DNA of 63,067 nt, filler included, from Stramenopiles sp. TOSAG23-6 (Eukaryota), in assembly GCA_900128565.1 (NCBI GenBank). It is 11 parts of 11 records of this genome, joined end to end, with 100 filler letters (N's around TTAATTAATTAA, not from the genome) between each part and the next. Parts side by side here need not be neighbours in the genome. Positions count along the whole stretch, not along the records: positions 45,996 to 51,625 come from LT636865.1; positions 51,726 to 57,354 come from LT636866.1; positions 57,455 to 63,067 come from LT636867.1; 8 more parts are not named here. One strand, written 5' to 3'. Made by a program: the position numbers and the translations under genes. The notes below the pieces were generated by a model. The model did not search any database. It saw nothing but the letters and a program-made list of their open reading frames with translations, and was not told the origin of the DNA. Positions within the stretch are counted from its first letter, which is position 1. Each line of letters opens with the position of its first letter. Positions 48,983 to 59,803 of the stretch are shown one piece after another.

Positions 48983-49460
48983 CTAATCCTTCTTTGTATT
49001 TATTTTTTTAGGGTTTTCCAATCGAAATTTCACATCACTGTTCGAAAGCTGTCTTAACAATTTGTGACCAAAAAAACACAATAATGTCATTAATGAGACC
49101 AGAATTTTCAGTGTATCGAGGACACTCAAATAAATCCAATTACATAACAAAAGAACAAATATCGCTGCTAAACAACCATGGAATCCATAAAAGTAAATGT
49201 ATTTTGGAAAAATATTTCAAAAAGAAATCGTTAGGTACAAAATTTCACACGAAAAAAACTAAAATTTGAAAAAAACTAAAATTTGAAAACTAAAATTTGA
49301 AAAAAAATTAAACATACACGTCACTAACATCCTTTAATCCACTGAAGTCAACACCAACAATTCGTGTACCTTTTAGTAAAACTATTTTAGGCAATAGGAC
49401 GAATACAGTAAATATCAGAGATATTGCAGCATATGGGCGATCATCTGGTTTACTGAAAGT
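48983..49460 (-). CDS. RPN2: Ribophorin II (OST subunit Swp1), last two exons
   Basis: TFSKPDDRPYAAISLIFTVFVLLP..FHGCLAAIF..W..LSVLDTLK..GHKLLRQL; not in the ORF track. Confidence 0.8.
49197..49317 (-). mobile_element. GT-AT introner intron (RPN2)
   Basis: cGT|GTATGT..TACCTAAC..caaaatacAT|tta; in frame. Confidence 0.8.
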
Positions 49461-49553
49461 ATGTATTGTGAAAAAATATTAAAAAAAAATTCGTTAGGTA
49501 CAAAATTTCGTACGAAAAATAAATTCGAAATTGAAAAAAAAAATAAAACATAC
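49461..49553 (-). mobile_element. GT-AT introner intron at the kinesin / RPN2 junction
   Basis: gAT|GTATGT..TACCTAAC..caatacAT|act. Confidence 0.8.
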
Positions 49554-51623
49554 ATCAAATTCAAATGTCTTCCAATCTTTCCGAACTTTAAGTTTCAATG
49601 AATATTGATCTACTATTTGCACTGCGTACTCACAACCTCTTTCTTTTTCATATTTTGCAAAAGGGCGCATTCGACAGAATACTCGTACCTTTCCTTTTAA
49701 ATCTTCTAGTTCATTATAAAACTTTCGACGCATGGATTGCTCTTTCAGAAAACGAGCAGTCAAAGCTTTCATATCAGCCTCTACTTGCATTACTTTTCGA
49801 TTAGATTCAGCCGTGATGCGTTTCACATGCTCTGCAGCAATTTTTTCAGCATTCATTTTCATATCTTTCATTTTCTGTGCTAGATGTGCATTTGCAGTAT
49901 GTATTTGAGATGTTAAAGTCAAAATTTCGCTATTTTTATTCTCACACTCTTGATGTACTGTAACTAATTTTTCTTTTTCTAACTGCAGTTGTATTTTAAT
50001 CTTACTATTTTCAGTTTCCATTTCAGACATTCTCTCAGTCAAACGTTGATGTTCATTTTCAGTATCTCTTTTTACCTTAGCCTCTGTCGATACTGCCCCA
50101 GAAATTCTGGATTTTCTTTCTTTTTCTAACTGAAGTTTTAATTGACGACACAGTCGCTCAGATTCCACAAGCTTATTTGAATTTTCTTCGGTTTGATCAG
50201 TATAAGAGGGTTTTGAATTTACATTTTTCATCATAGGTTCTAGACATCGTGTGGTCATAATGATACCATGCTCTATAGCATCCTTTTGAATTCGTATTAG
50301 ATCATTTTCAGTCGTTTCATTTGATATTATAAGACATTGATCAAAAGGATCTGCTTGCCACGCGTAATTACTATCCATAATTTGTTTACCAAGCGGATTA
50401 TAACTCATAGAATTACTGGATAAGGTTTTCTCTACAAATTCAGACGATTCTTCGATGGACATTTTAGCTACCAAAGTTACCTTCTCATTCGAATAGCGAT
50501 CTTGCAATTGAGAACCTTCATTAGTGTGAGGCCATATATCACTAGATACAGCTTTATCATCATGCAAGTCCCAAGTTTTCCACCTACTTTCCCCTGTGTT
50601 TGTATTTATTTCATACTGCTGACCAGTTTCACTATCTATTTGAACAACCCATTCACAATCGTCTGCAATATTGCTATTGAGGTTTTGCTGTAATATTTTC
50701 GCTGCAGCTTGATTTGTTTTGGAAAGAGTTATTTCACGATGAAACAAGGATATTGTGCTTTCATCAAAAGGACTAATTCCTTTTGCACCAAGCATATCAT
50801 TTATGCACCCTTTTGCATCTTCGAGTTTCTTACAATTGTTAATTTCAATGATATCAAAATATCCTTTGATTGTTTCAATATCATCCTTCAGCCACCCCTT
50901 TTTTATACCTACTCGATCAAGCATTGCACAAAATTCAGATTCAAGCGAAATTTGTTCAAGCCTTTCAGCATTGGCATGTTTGTTTGCCGTTATAGCATAA
51001 TCTGCAGGAGTATAACCATAATACTCCAAAAGACCTGCATCAGCACCATTAGCGACGAGTAAATCTATAATACCAACGTCATCATATTGTGCTGCATAAT
51101 GCAGAGAAGAGCAACCAGACTCCGTCTCAACAGCATGTACATCTGCGCCATGTTTTAGAAGTATTTTGACCATTTCTACAGTCGTAGCAAAGTGCAATGG
51201 AGTTGCTCCAACATTGTTACAATCGTATGCCGTTGCTCCACATGAGGAAAGAAGTAGTTGAACAATATCAAAACAATTAGCGGCTACTGCAGCTTGAAGC
51301 ATCGTATTACCATACTCATCGCGAACAGATACGTCAATGACGTCACTTTGTAAAATACCTTTTACTATTTCTAATGTGTCTGGTGATTCAGCACAGTAGG
51401 GTAATGAATCAAACACAACATGTTCCATATTTTGTCAAAAAATATTTCAAAAACAAACTCGTTAGGTACAAAATTTCGTACGAAAAAAAAACAATACATT
51501 CGAAATTGAAATGAAAACGTACATCCCCCCTTCTTCATCTGGTTCTTGATCAGAAAACTCTGCCACAATAGCATAGTTTTCGTATAGGGTTTCGTTTCCA
51601 ACATTTGGCTTGCTACTTGTCAT
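49554..51623 (-). CDS. Ankyrin + WW + coiled-coil + C-terminal-motor kinesin (kinesin-14 type), motor truncated
   Basis: GATPLHFA, WVVQID..YEINTNTGESRW, RRKFYNELEDLKGKVRVFCRMRP..FEFD. Confidence 0.85.
51427..51522 (-). mobile_element. GT-AT introner intron (kinesin)
   Basis: gAT|GTACGT..TACCTAAC..caaaatAT|gga; in frame. Confidence 0.85.
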
Positions 51624-51810
51624 GGNNNNNNNNNNNNNNNNNNNNNNNNNNNNNNNNNNNNNNNNNNNNTTAATTAATTAANNNNNNNNNNNNNNNNNNN
51701 NNNNNNNNNNNNNNNNNNNNNNNNNCAAAAAAAAAAAACTTAAATTTGTTAGGTACAAAATTTCGTACGAAAAAAAAATTTTTTTTTGTTAAAAAAAAAA
51801 TGAAACGTAC

Positions 51811-53271
51811 ATGGACCATTTGTGAAATAAAATGAAACGCATCAACACGAAATGGACATAAAATAAGAACACGAGGTCTTGTAAATCCTTGATCTCTATA
51901 TTCAACCCAACCATCATTATTATGTAAAGATTTTTGAACATTTTGAACATTTTGAACATTTTCATTTTGAACATTTTCATTTTGAACATTTTCATTTTGA
52001 ACAATTTCCGCCAGTGCTTTTTTTTGTCGACGTATCCGATGCGACTTTTTCGCAGATGATATTTTTGAATCATGTTTACTGACTAAATCACGCATTTTAA
52101 TAATATGATTTGTAATATGAAGAATCCAAAGATTTTGAATTTCTTTTGCACTGCCGGAATGCATGGTACCGGGTATCACATGTTCAGTGACGTCATTCGT
52201 ATTACATTTGTTTTGTGTACAGGGTAAAATTCCACCATTTGTATATACAATATCTTTATACATTCGTAATGAATCAGCTAAACATTCTTGCGCTGGTGTT
52301 AATTGTAAATTACATTTTGGTATTTGTGATATAATTTTTGGTTTGATCCAATTCTTTACCCATGACAAATTCATCTTTTTTTTCATCTTTTTTTTAATTA
52401 ATGATTTTGTACCTAACAATTGTATATTTGTTTGACATTCATTTTGACTAAGAATTTTGCTTCCAGATATTTGTAATTTATATTGTATTGATGAGTCTTG
52501 TAGTAGTGTTTGATGGGCAGTTTTAGATATTGGCAGTTTTTGATGTTTAATTTTGTTTTTAGATATTTTTTCACAATTTGTTACTGTTGAAAATTCATAT
52601 TTTGTAAATGGTAATGGAAAATATCCGTCCAAACTGAATGAAATTGGATGATTATAATCATCTAATAGAATATTTTGTTCCTCATCCGAATCAGAAATTT
52701 CGTCTTGTTCATTCGTACAAAGTTCCGTAGTCGTAATTGTTACCATTTGTCTTGGTTTATTTTTAGGGTTAGGGTTAGATGATTCTGTTGGAGTGTATGC
52801 CGTTTGTGTTTGTTTTGTTGTTGTTTTTGTTGTTTTTGTTGTTTTTGTTGTTGTATCAAGACTCTCCTCCATATCATCATCTTCTTCAGACATGTCAGAT
52901 ATATCATCAAAGTTCTCATTAATATTATCTTCTCCACTGTCTTGTTCAGACAGAACAGCTACGTCATCTTTTACATGAATGTCGTCTTCTTCATCTTCAG
53001 ACATGGCTGCTACATCAACACCTTCTTCTTCCAACATTCTCGATTGATATAATTTTGCATGTTTTGTCGTATGAACTGTTCTTTGAAGAGACGAAAGAAG
53101 TGTTTTATATGATGCATCGGCATCACCAATAGACTCGTCGTCGTCGGAAGAGGAGGAAGAATGGTGGACAACTGGTTCAACTACTTTTTTTGATTCTTGA
53201 CGTCTACGTTGTTTTTTCCCGCGTCTTTTTGAGCCAGAATAACGAGATGATGGACGCTTGTACCCAGGCAT
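51811..53271 (-). CDS. UTP25: U3 snoRNA-associated protein 25, first exon
   Basis: YKDIVY, LHITNHIIK, EYRDQGFTRPRVLILCPFR; donor GTACGT at 51810. Confidence 0.9.
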
Positions 53272-53556
53272 CAGATAATATACTCGTCTATATTTCAATT
53301 GAGTTAATACTATATAAGCAATTGATATAAATACGTAAAATGTACACAATCTGAATGACTTTCAGCTTGGGGTAAAAGTAAAAAAGAAAACGACTGATCT
53401 GATGCGTACCTTTTTTTTTTTCAAGTAGTAAAAAATGGTACAAATTTTTTTAGTAGACTGGCTCCAAATGGAACAAACCTGCTTTTTTCAGCCGTGAGAT
53501 CATTTCACTATTAATAGCACTACAATATGAGGACTGTAGTAGTGGTAGCAGAGCAG

Positions 53557-53557
53557 C

Positions 53558-53591
<34 letters not shown>
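53557..53591. repeat. (CAA)n microsatellite
   Basis: About 11 CAA units upstream of MOB1. Confidence 0.9.
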
Positions 53592-53764
53592 GGATCTAAA
53601 ATCGTTTTATATAATATAGCTGTTATCATTCTTGAAACGACATACTTGCTTTCTATTCTTGGATTACTATTTTACACACCTTATAGAACATTTGTTGTGT
53701 GATTGTTGGATACTTACCATCATTGTACATCTGTTGTATTGTCCCTTTTTGAATAACCAAATAA

Positions 53765-55455
53765 ATGGGACTATTTTGTTGTTTTCCATGTTGCAACGGA
53801 ACATCAGACGTTGAAAACACCGCCGCTTCATCGGGAAACTTTTATCGTCTTCATAATTCTGATCCAGATCTTAATTTATTACAAGGTCAGCCATCTGTTC
53901 AAGTCAATGAGTCGATTTCTGGAGATAGTAGGATAAGTACAGATAATAGTACGGCGCAATCTAACAAAAACAATGATGCAACTCATAATAGACATATACT
54001 TAGTACGGATTCAAAAGTAAATGAACATGATCCATTTCAAACGTCGACAAATGCGAAACATGATTCTACTCATGACACGTCAATATCATCATCAGCAACG
54101 TATAGAGACTCAAAAAAAATATCAACAACAACAACAACAAATTCTAATTCTAATCCAAAACTGTTAACTTTTTTTGGGGGTTTGCTAGGACAAACAAAAT
54201 CATCAAAATCACTTAAACCATTACATGTATATACAAAAGGTACCCGACGACTCTATTTACACAAACAATTAGTTAAAGATTTATCATCAGAAAATGTAAT
54301 TTTACGTAATGTATGTTATTCAATCATTTTCATCATGAATTTCGAATTTATATTTTTTTTAGTCTCTATACGTTGCTGATGATGATATTGACGTGTCATT
54401 CATCCATTTTCATCAATTTTGAGATTTTTAAAATTTTCAAAATCGGTAGTTGTATCAAATGTTGACTGTTGTGTTGTCCCTACTACTTTAATAATTTCTA
54501 TACTATAATTTTTGATAATTTTTAATAATTTTTAATAATTTTTGATAATTTTTAATAATTTTGAATAATTTTTTGATAATTTTTTGATAATTTTTTGATA
54601 ATTTTTAATAATTTTAAAATTTCATATATTTTTTTACAATACATGTTGTTAAATTGCCTCCTTATGAAGACTTGAATGATTGGATGGCATTGCATTTGAT
54701 TGATTTTTTCAATGAAATTTCAATGTTGTACGGTGTGCGTTTTACTTTATGAATTTCATTTTTTGTACAAAAAAATATTTTTTTTTCATACGAAATTTCG
54801 TACCTAACAAAAAACAAAAAACAAAAAAAATTTTGAAACATATTTTTTCCAATATATGTTCTTACTGATTACTGTACGCCACAAACCTGTCCAATAATGA
54901 ATGCTGGTAAAAAATATACTTTTTTATGGTGTGAAAAACATTCAAAAAAGTTCAAAAAACCAAAAAAAGTATCAGCACCATTGTACATAGATTTATTATT
55001 AAATTGGGTCCAATCAAAACTTCACACTATTGAAAATGACGTCAACCCTAACCCTAGTAGTATTGAACATGGTGAAAAAACACGATATCCTGAACATTTT
55101 CATCGTGATGCAAAACAAATATTTAAGCGATTATTTCGTGTGTATGCACATGTTTTTCATAGTCATTTTAAACAATGTGTTGTTTTAGGTATCGATACCC
55201 ATGTATGTTTTTGTATTGATATTATTTGGAAAATTTGAAATTTGGAAAATTTGAATTTTTTAAATTTTTTTTTCGTACGAAATTTTGTACCTAACAAATT
55301 TTGAATTTAAAAAAAAAAAAAAATATTTCCCCACAATAAATGTAAACAGATGTTTTACTAGATATATTTTATTTATTTTAGAATTCGGTTTAGTAGAGAA
55401 AAAAGAACTAATGCCTTTAAGTAAACTTTTGCAATTTATTCAAAAAAGTGCTTAA
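53765..55455 (+). CDS. MOB1: MOB kinase activator with N-terminal extension; exons 53765-54310, 54645-54734, 54858-55202, 55342-55455
   Basis: LRNVVKLPPYEDLNDW..DFFNEISMLYGVLTDYCT..CPIMNAG, KQIFKRLFRVYAHVFHSHF, EFGLVEKKELMPL. Confidence 0.9.
54311..54644 (+). mobile_element. Long GT-AT intron with (ATAATTTTTR)n minisatellite
   Basis: aAT|GTATGT..caatacAT|gtt; restores LRNVVKLP. Confidence 0.8.
54735..54857 (+). mobile_element. GT-AT introner intron (MOB1)
   Basis: gGT|GTGCGT..TACCTAAC..caatatAT|gtt; restores LYGVL. Confidence 0.88.
55203..55341 (+). mobile_element. GT-AT introner intron (MOB1)
   Basis: cAT|GTATGT..TACCTAAC..caataaAT|gta; restores THVNRCF. Confidence 0.88.
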
Positions 55456-55705
55456 AAAATAAAAAAATGAAAAAAAATATTTTTGAATTTATATTTATTA
55501 GCTTGAATTTAAATTTAGAAATTAGATCTCAGATCAAAAAAAATTAATTTCTTAATTTATAGTAGTTTTTTTGGTTGCGTTTTTGACCAATGAATTTCAG
55601 AATTGTGTCGTCGTCGTACTTCCTATACTTGAGGAAAGAAATGCTACTAAGTAATATCTTCGGTACACTGTAACTACGTGCAAGAGAACTGCGCATTGAA
55701 GCACA

Positions 55706-57115
55706 ATGGCACAGCTAGTGCCGAATGAACTTTATTGCCCTATAACATTGGAAATATATGACGATCCAGTTGTTACTGCTGATGGTCACACGTATGAACG
55801 AGATGCAATTCTGCGCCACTTTCGTACAAACAATACATCGCCTTTAACAAACGAAGTGTTGCCTAATAAAAATCTTGTGCCAAACCTTAGTATTAAATCA
55901 CAATGTGTTTCATTTAAAGACAAACAAGCAAGAATGAAGAGTGATGATGTTGCTAAACGTAAAAAAGAAGCTTTTAAGAGATATACTAAATCAGCTAATG
56001 CTGGTGATAGCAAATCACAAAATAAACTTGGTGATTGTTATTTTTATGGTGANGGTGTTGCTCAAGACAAAAAAGAAGCTTTCAAGTGGTTCACTAAATC
56101 TGCTAATGCTGGAAATAGTGAAGGACAATATAATGTTGGTTTTTGTTATTATAATGGTCATGGTGTTGCTCAAGACAAAAAAGAAGCTTTCAAGTGGTTT
56201 ACTAAATCAGCTAATGCTGGGTATAGTTTTGCACAAAATAGTCTTGGTAAATGCTATAAACATGGTCGTGGTGTTGCTAAAAACAAAACAAAGTCTTTCG
56301 AGTGGTTCACTAAATCGGCTAATGTTGGTTGTAGTAAAGGACAATACAATCTTGGTAAATGCTATTATAATGGTTTTGGTGTTGTTGAAGACAAAAAAGA
56401 AGCTTTCAAGTGGTTCACTAAATCTGCTAATGCTGGTAATAGAGATGCACAATGCTATCTTGGTGAATGTTATTATTATGGTGATGGTGTTGATGAAGAC
56501 ACACACGAAGCATTTAAGTGGTATACTAAAGCAGCTAATGCCGGTCATAATAAAGCACAATACAAGGTTGGGTATTCTTATTATTATGGCGATGGTGTTG
56601 CTGAAGACAAAAAAGAAGCTTTCAAGTGGTTTATGAAATCAGCTAATGCTGGGTATAGTCGAGGACAATATAATCTTGGTAATTTTTATTTAAATGGTGA
56701 TGTTGTTGCTGAAGACAAAAAAGAAGCTTTCAAGTGGTTTACTAAGTCTGCAAATGCTGGTAATTGTTATGGACAAAATAATCTTGGTAATTGTTATTAT
56801 NATGGTNATGGTNTTGNTGAAGACTATGAAGAAGCTTTCAAGTGGTTTACTAAATCGGCTAATGCAGGTTATTGTGTGGCACAATACAAGCTTGGTTGTT
56901 GCTATTATTTTGGTGATGGTGTTGATGAAGACAAAAAAGAAGCTTTAAAGTGGTTTACTAAATCGGCTAATTTAGGTTATATCAAAGCACAAAATCAACT
57001 TGGTAATTGTTATTATTATGGTAATGGTGTTGCTGTAGACGAATTTGAAGCTTTCAAGTGGTTTACTAAATCAGCTAATGCCGGTAATGAACAAGCAAAA
57101 ACCTTTCTTTGTTGA
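55706..57115 (+). CDS. U-box E3 ligase with ~10 Sel1 repeats
   Basis: LYCPITLEIYDDPVVTADGHTYERDAI..SPLTN..LVPN; 36-aa AQYxLGxCYYxGxGVxEDKKEAFKWFTKSANAG repeats. Confidence 0.92.
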   Translation: MAQLVPNELYCPITLEIYDDPVVTADGHTYERDAILRHFRTNNTSPLTNEVLPNKNLVPNLSIKSQCVSFKDKQARMKSDDVAKRKKEAFKRYTKSANAGDSKSQNKLGDCYFYGXGVAQDKKEAFKWFTKSANAGNSEGQYNVGFCYYNGHGVAQDKKEAFKWFTKSANAGYSFAQNSLGKCYKHGRGVAKNKTKSFEWFTKSANVGCSKGQYNLGKCYYNGFGVVEDKKEAFKWFTKSANAGNRDAQCYLGECYYYGDGVDEDTHEAFKWYTKAANAGHNKAQYKVGYSYYYGDGVAEDKKEAFKWFMKSANAGYSRGQYNLGNFYLNGDVVAEDKKEAFKWFTKSANAGNCYGQNNLGNCYYXGXGXXEDYEEAFKWFTKSANAGYCVAQYKLGCCYYFGDGVDEDKKEALKWFTKSANLGYIKAQNQLGNCYYYGNGVAVDEFEAFKWFTKSANAGNEQAKTFLC

Positions 57116-57536
57116 TTTTTTTTTGCATAAATAAAAATCTTTTTAAATTTTCATAAGATTTTTTTTTTTTCATCTGATTCTCTTCTTCAATAAACAATAA
57201 ACACCTAAACTAGCCATTTGAAATTTTGTTTTTGATTTTTTTATGTTTTATAAAAAATTGAAAATGTATCAAGTACAAAATTGTCTACCAAAAAAAAAAA
57301 AAAAAAAAAAAATTTACTGTTCAATTTGTTAAGCCATATTTTCTCCACGTTTTTNNNNNNNNNNNNNNNNNNNNNNNNNNNNNNNNNNNNNNNNNNNNTT
57401 AATTAATTAANNNNNNNNNNNNNNNNNNNNNNNNNNNNNNNNNNNNNNNNNNNNTTTTTTTCAATTTCGATTTTTTTTTCGTACGAAATTTTGTACCTAA
57501 CAAATTTTACAAAAAATATATTTTTTCACAATACAT

Positions 57537-58101
57537 TGACATTGCCGGTGCGTATGCAGGTTTGTCGGGTTGGAATTCTATTGTAACTCCATTTTTATTG
57601 TGGTTATTGACAGCATCTGGGCCACTCATAACGGGTATCATATTGGCACACTGTTGTGTTATTCCGGTGTATAGTTTGAATATGGAAACAAAAAAAAACA
57701 AAAAAAATAGTAAAAAAAAGAAAAATAATTTTGACAATCCTCAAAAATCGTTAGGTACGGAATTTGTTACAAAGGAAATATATGGTTCTTTTTCTTTGAG
57801 TGCGTTTTATTCCGGTGTAACTGTCGTATTGTTTATGCGTTTTGTTGCTTCTTTTGTATATAGTATCTTATTCTTTGCTGTGCGGCACCATTTATTTATT
57901 TGGTCTGTATGTACGTTTTCATTTCAATTTCGAATTTATTTATTTTTTTGTACGAAATTTTGTACCTAACAAAAAATATTTAAAATATTTTTTTACAATA
58001 TATTTGCACCCAAATATTTATGTGATGTTGGAATGACATTTTCAACTTGTATAATTATTTGTATGAATATGATGAGTATTAATTTGTTTGTTCATCTCTA
58101 A
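57537..58101 (+). CDS. PIGG: GPI ethanolamine-phosphate transferase (PIG-G/PIG-O type), last two exons
   Basis: DIAGAYAGL..RHHLFIWSVFAPKYL. Confidence 0.75.
57911..58003 (+). mobile_element. GT-AT introner intron (PIG-G)
   Basis: tAT|GTACGT..TACCTAAC..caatatAT|ttg; restores conserved WSVFAPK. Confidence 0.9.
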
Positions 58102-58221
58102 AAATAAAGAAAATATGTTATGCTAAAATTTATTTGTGTGAGAAAATACAGAATAACGAAAAACTTGGTTCTTGTTTTACTATAATTTAGCTCTACTTTC
58201 AGACTTTATGTATCGTATTAC

Positions 58222-59535
58222 TTAGGCATAATATTGAAGACTTGCCTTTTTCTTCTGTTGCACTTGAGTGACACCTTCAACAAAATCTTCATGGCCAATA
58301 CTGTCTGCATCTCTTCTGAGGGCAAGCATACCAGCTTCAACACATACAGCTTTGAGCTGAGCACCGTTGAAGTCATCCGTCATTCTCGCAAGTTCTTCAA
58401 AGTTGACATCTTCTTTATTTACAGCCATTTTTCGACTATGAATCTCTAGAATTCGTGCGCGGGCGCTCTCCACAGGATGAGGAAGCTCAATTTTTCTGTC
58501 TAATCGACCAGAACGCAATAACGCTGGATCAAGAACATCTGGTCTATTGGTTGCTGCGATTACTTTAATTTTTGTATTCGAATCAAAACCATCCAATTGA
58601 TTCAGCAGCTCAAGCATGGTTCGTTGCACTTCACGATCTCCGGACTGATCACTATCAAAGCGTTTCGTTCCAATAGCATCAATCTCATCAATGAAAATAA
58701 TAGCACCACCCCTGTTATCAGAAGTAACCTTTTCCTTTGCGAGATCAAAAGCGTCACGCACAAGCTTCGCACCATCACCGATAAACATCTGTACAAGCTG
58801 AGGTCCTGCTAATTTTAAAAACAGAGCATCAGTGTGTTTCGCGCAAGCCCTGGCCATGAGTGTTTTTCCAGTTCCTGGTGGACCATACATTAATACGCCT
58901 TTAGGAGGTAATATGCCAATTGCATCGAATTGGTCGATAGCTGTCATAGGTAAGACGACAGACTCCAAAAGTTCCTGGATCTGTTTGTCAAGTCCGCCAA
59001 TATCGCTGAATTCTTCAGTAGGACGTTCGTCAACTTCCATAGCTTTTACTCTTGAATCATATTCAACTGGAAGCTTCTCAAGAATCAAATAACTATCCTT
59101 ATTTGTACCTACAAGATCGCTTGGTTTAAGCTCGGTATCTGATACAAGACCAATTACTGGCAAAAAGACCGTCTGTCGTGTTGACGTTTTGATTACGGCA
59201 CTTTTTGTTGCCCTCTGTGCGTCTTTGTCTATGGTGGACTCATCAGCCCCATCTTCACTTGGAAGTTGCATTATTTCAACTATATTCGCAACCAAGTAAG
59301 GTAACTGCTTGTTAAGTTTCACTTTCTCAAGGTTCTCTTTAATCTTCTCTTTCTGTGTGCGCATCTGATGCTTCAAAGTCGCTGCTGATGACCTCATGAC
59401 AGAGATATCATTCTCAATTAAAGTAGCTCTCGTTTTCAAATCATCATCCGTCATTGCTTCGATTTCAGGATCTACAGGCATATCACCCCATACAGAACTA
59501 TCATCTAGCTCAGCAACCAACTCATTAGACGCCAT
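58222..59535 (-). CDS. PSMC3: 26S proteasome AAA-ATPase subunit 6A (Rpt5)
   Basis: [48 protein letters not shown]-terminal YYA; intronless. Confidence 0.97.
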   Translation of the reverse strand: MASNELVAELDDSSVWGDMPVDPEIEAMTDDDLKTRATLIENDISVMRSSAATLKHQMRTQKEKIKENLEKVKLNKQLPYLVANIVEIMQLPSEDGADESTIDKDAQRATKSAVIKTSTRQTVFLPVIGLVSDTELKPSDLVGTNKDSYLILEKLPVEYDSRVKAMEVDERPTEEFSDIGGLDKQIQELLESVVLPMTAIDQFDAIGILPPKGVLMYGPPGTGKTLMARACAKHTDALFLKLAGPQLVQMFIGDGAKLVRDAFDLAKEKVTSDNRGGAIIFIDEIDAIGTKRFDSDQSGDREVQRTMLELLNQLDGFDSNTKIKVIAATNRPDVLDPALLRSGRLDRKIELPHPVESARARILEIHSRKMAVNKEDVNFEELARMTDDFNGAQLKAVCVEAGMLALRRDADSIGHEDFVEGVTQVQQKKKASLQYYA

Positions 59536-59803
59536 TATGAGTGTGATAATAATATCAGCACTCTTTTTTTTTTACGACACCGAGGAGAGTCTTTTGTACG
59601 CCCTTTTGCTTTTCTTTTCTTTCGCGTTGACATCATTTTTATTTGCAAATTTTTCGATTTCGTGTACTAGCCTAATAGATAGTGAAACTGTCGGTTGAAA
59701 ATTGAAATGCTTGCTTTCTACTACGCTGCTATCCTTGGCATTTTAGTGAAACTTCAATAATATAAGCTCCAATGAGAATGTTAGAATTTGAATAGATCTA
59801 ACA

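Noticed and set aside
52404-52421. ttttgtacctaacaatt core match antisense within UTP25
   Set aside because: It lies in an uninterrupted frame with no flanking element ends; may be chance.
55941-56636. 231-aa alternative-frame ORF over the Sel1 repeats, and other short antisense ORFs
   Set aside because: Shadow ORFs of repetitive or biased coding sequence.
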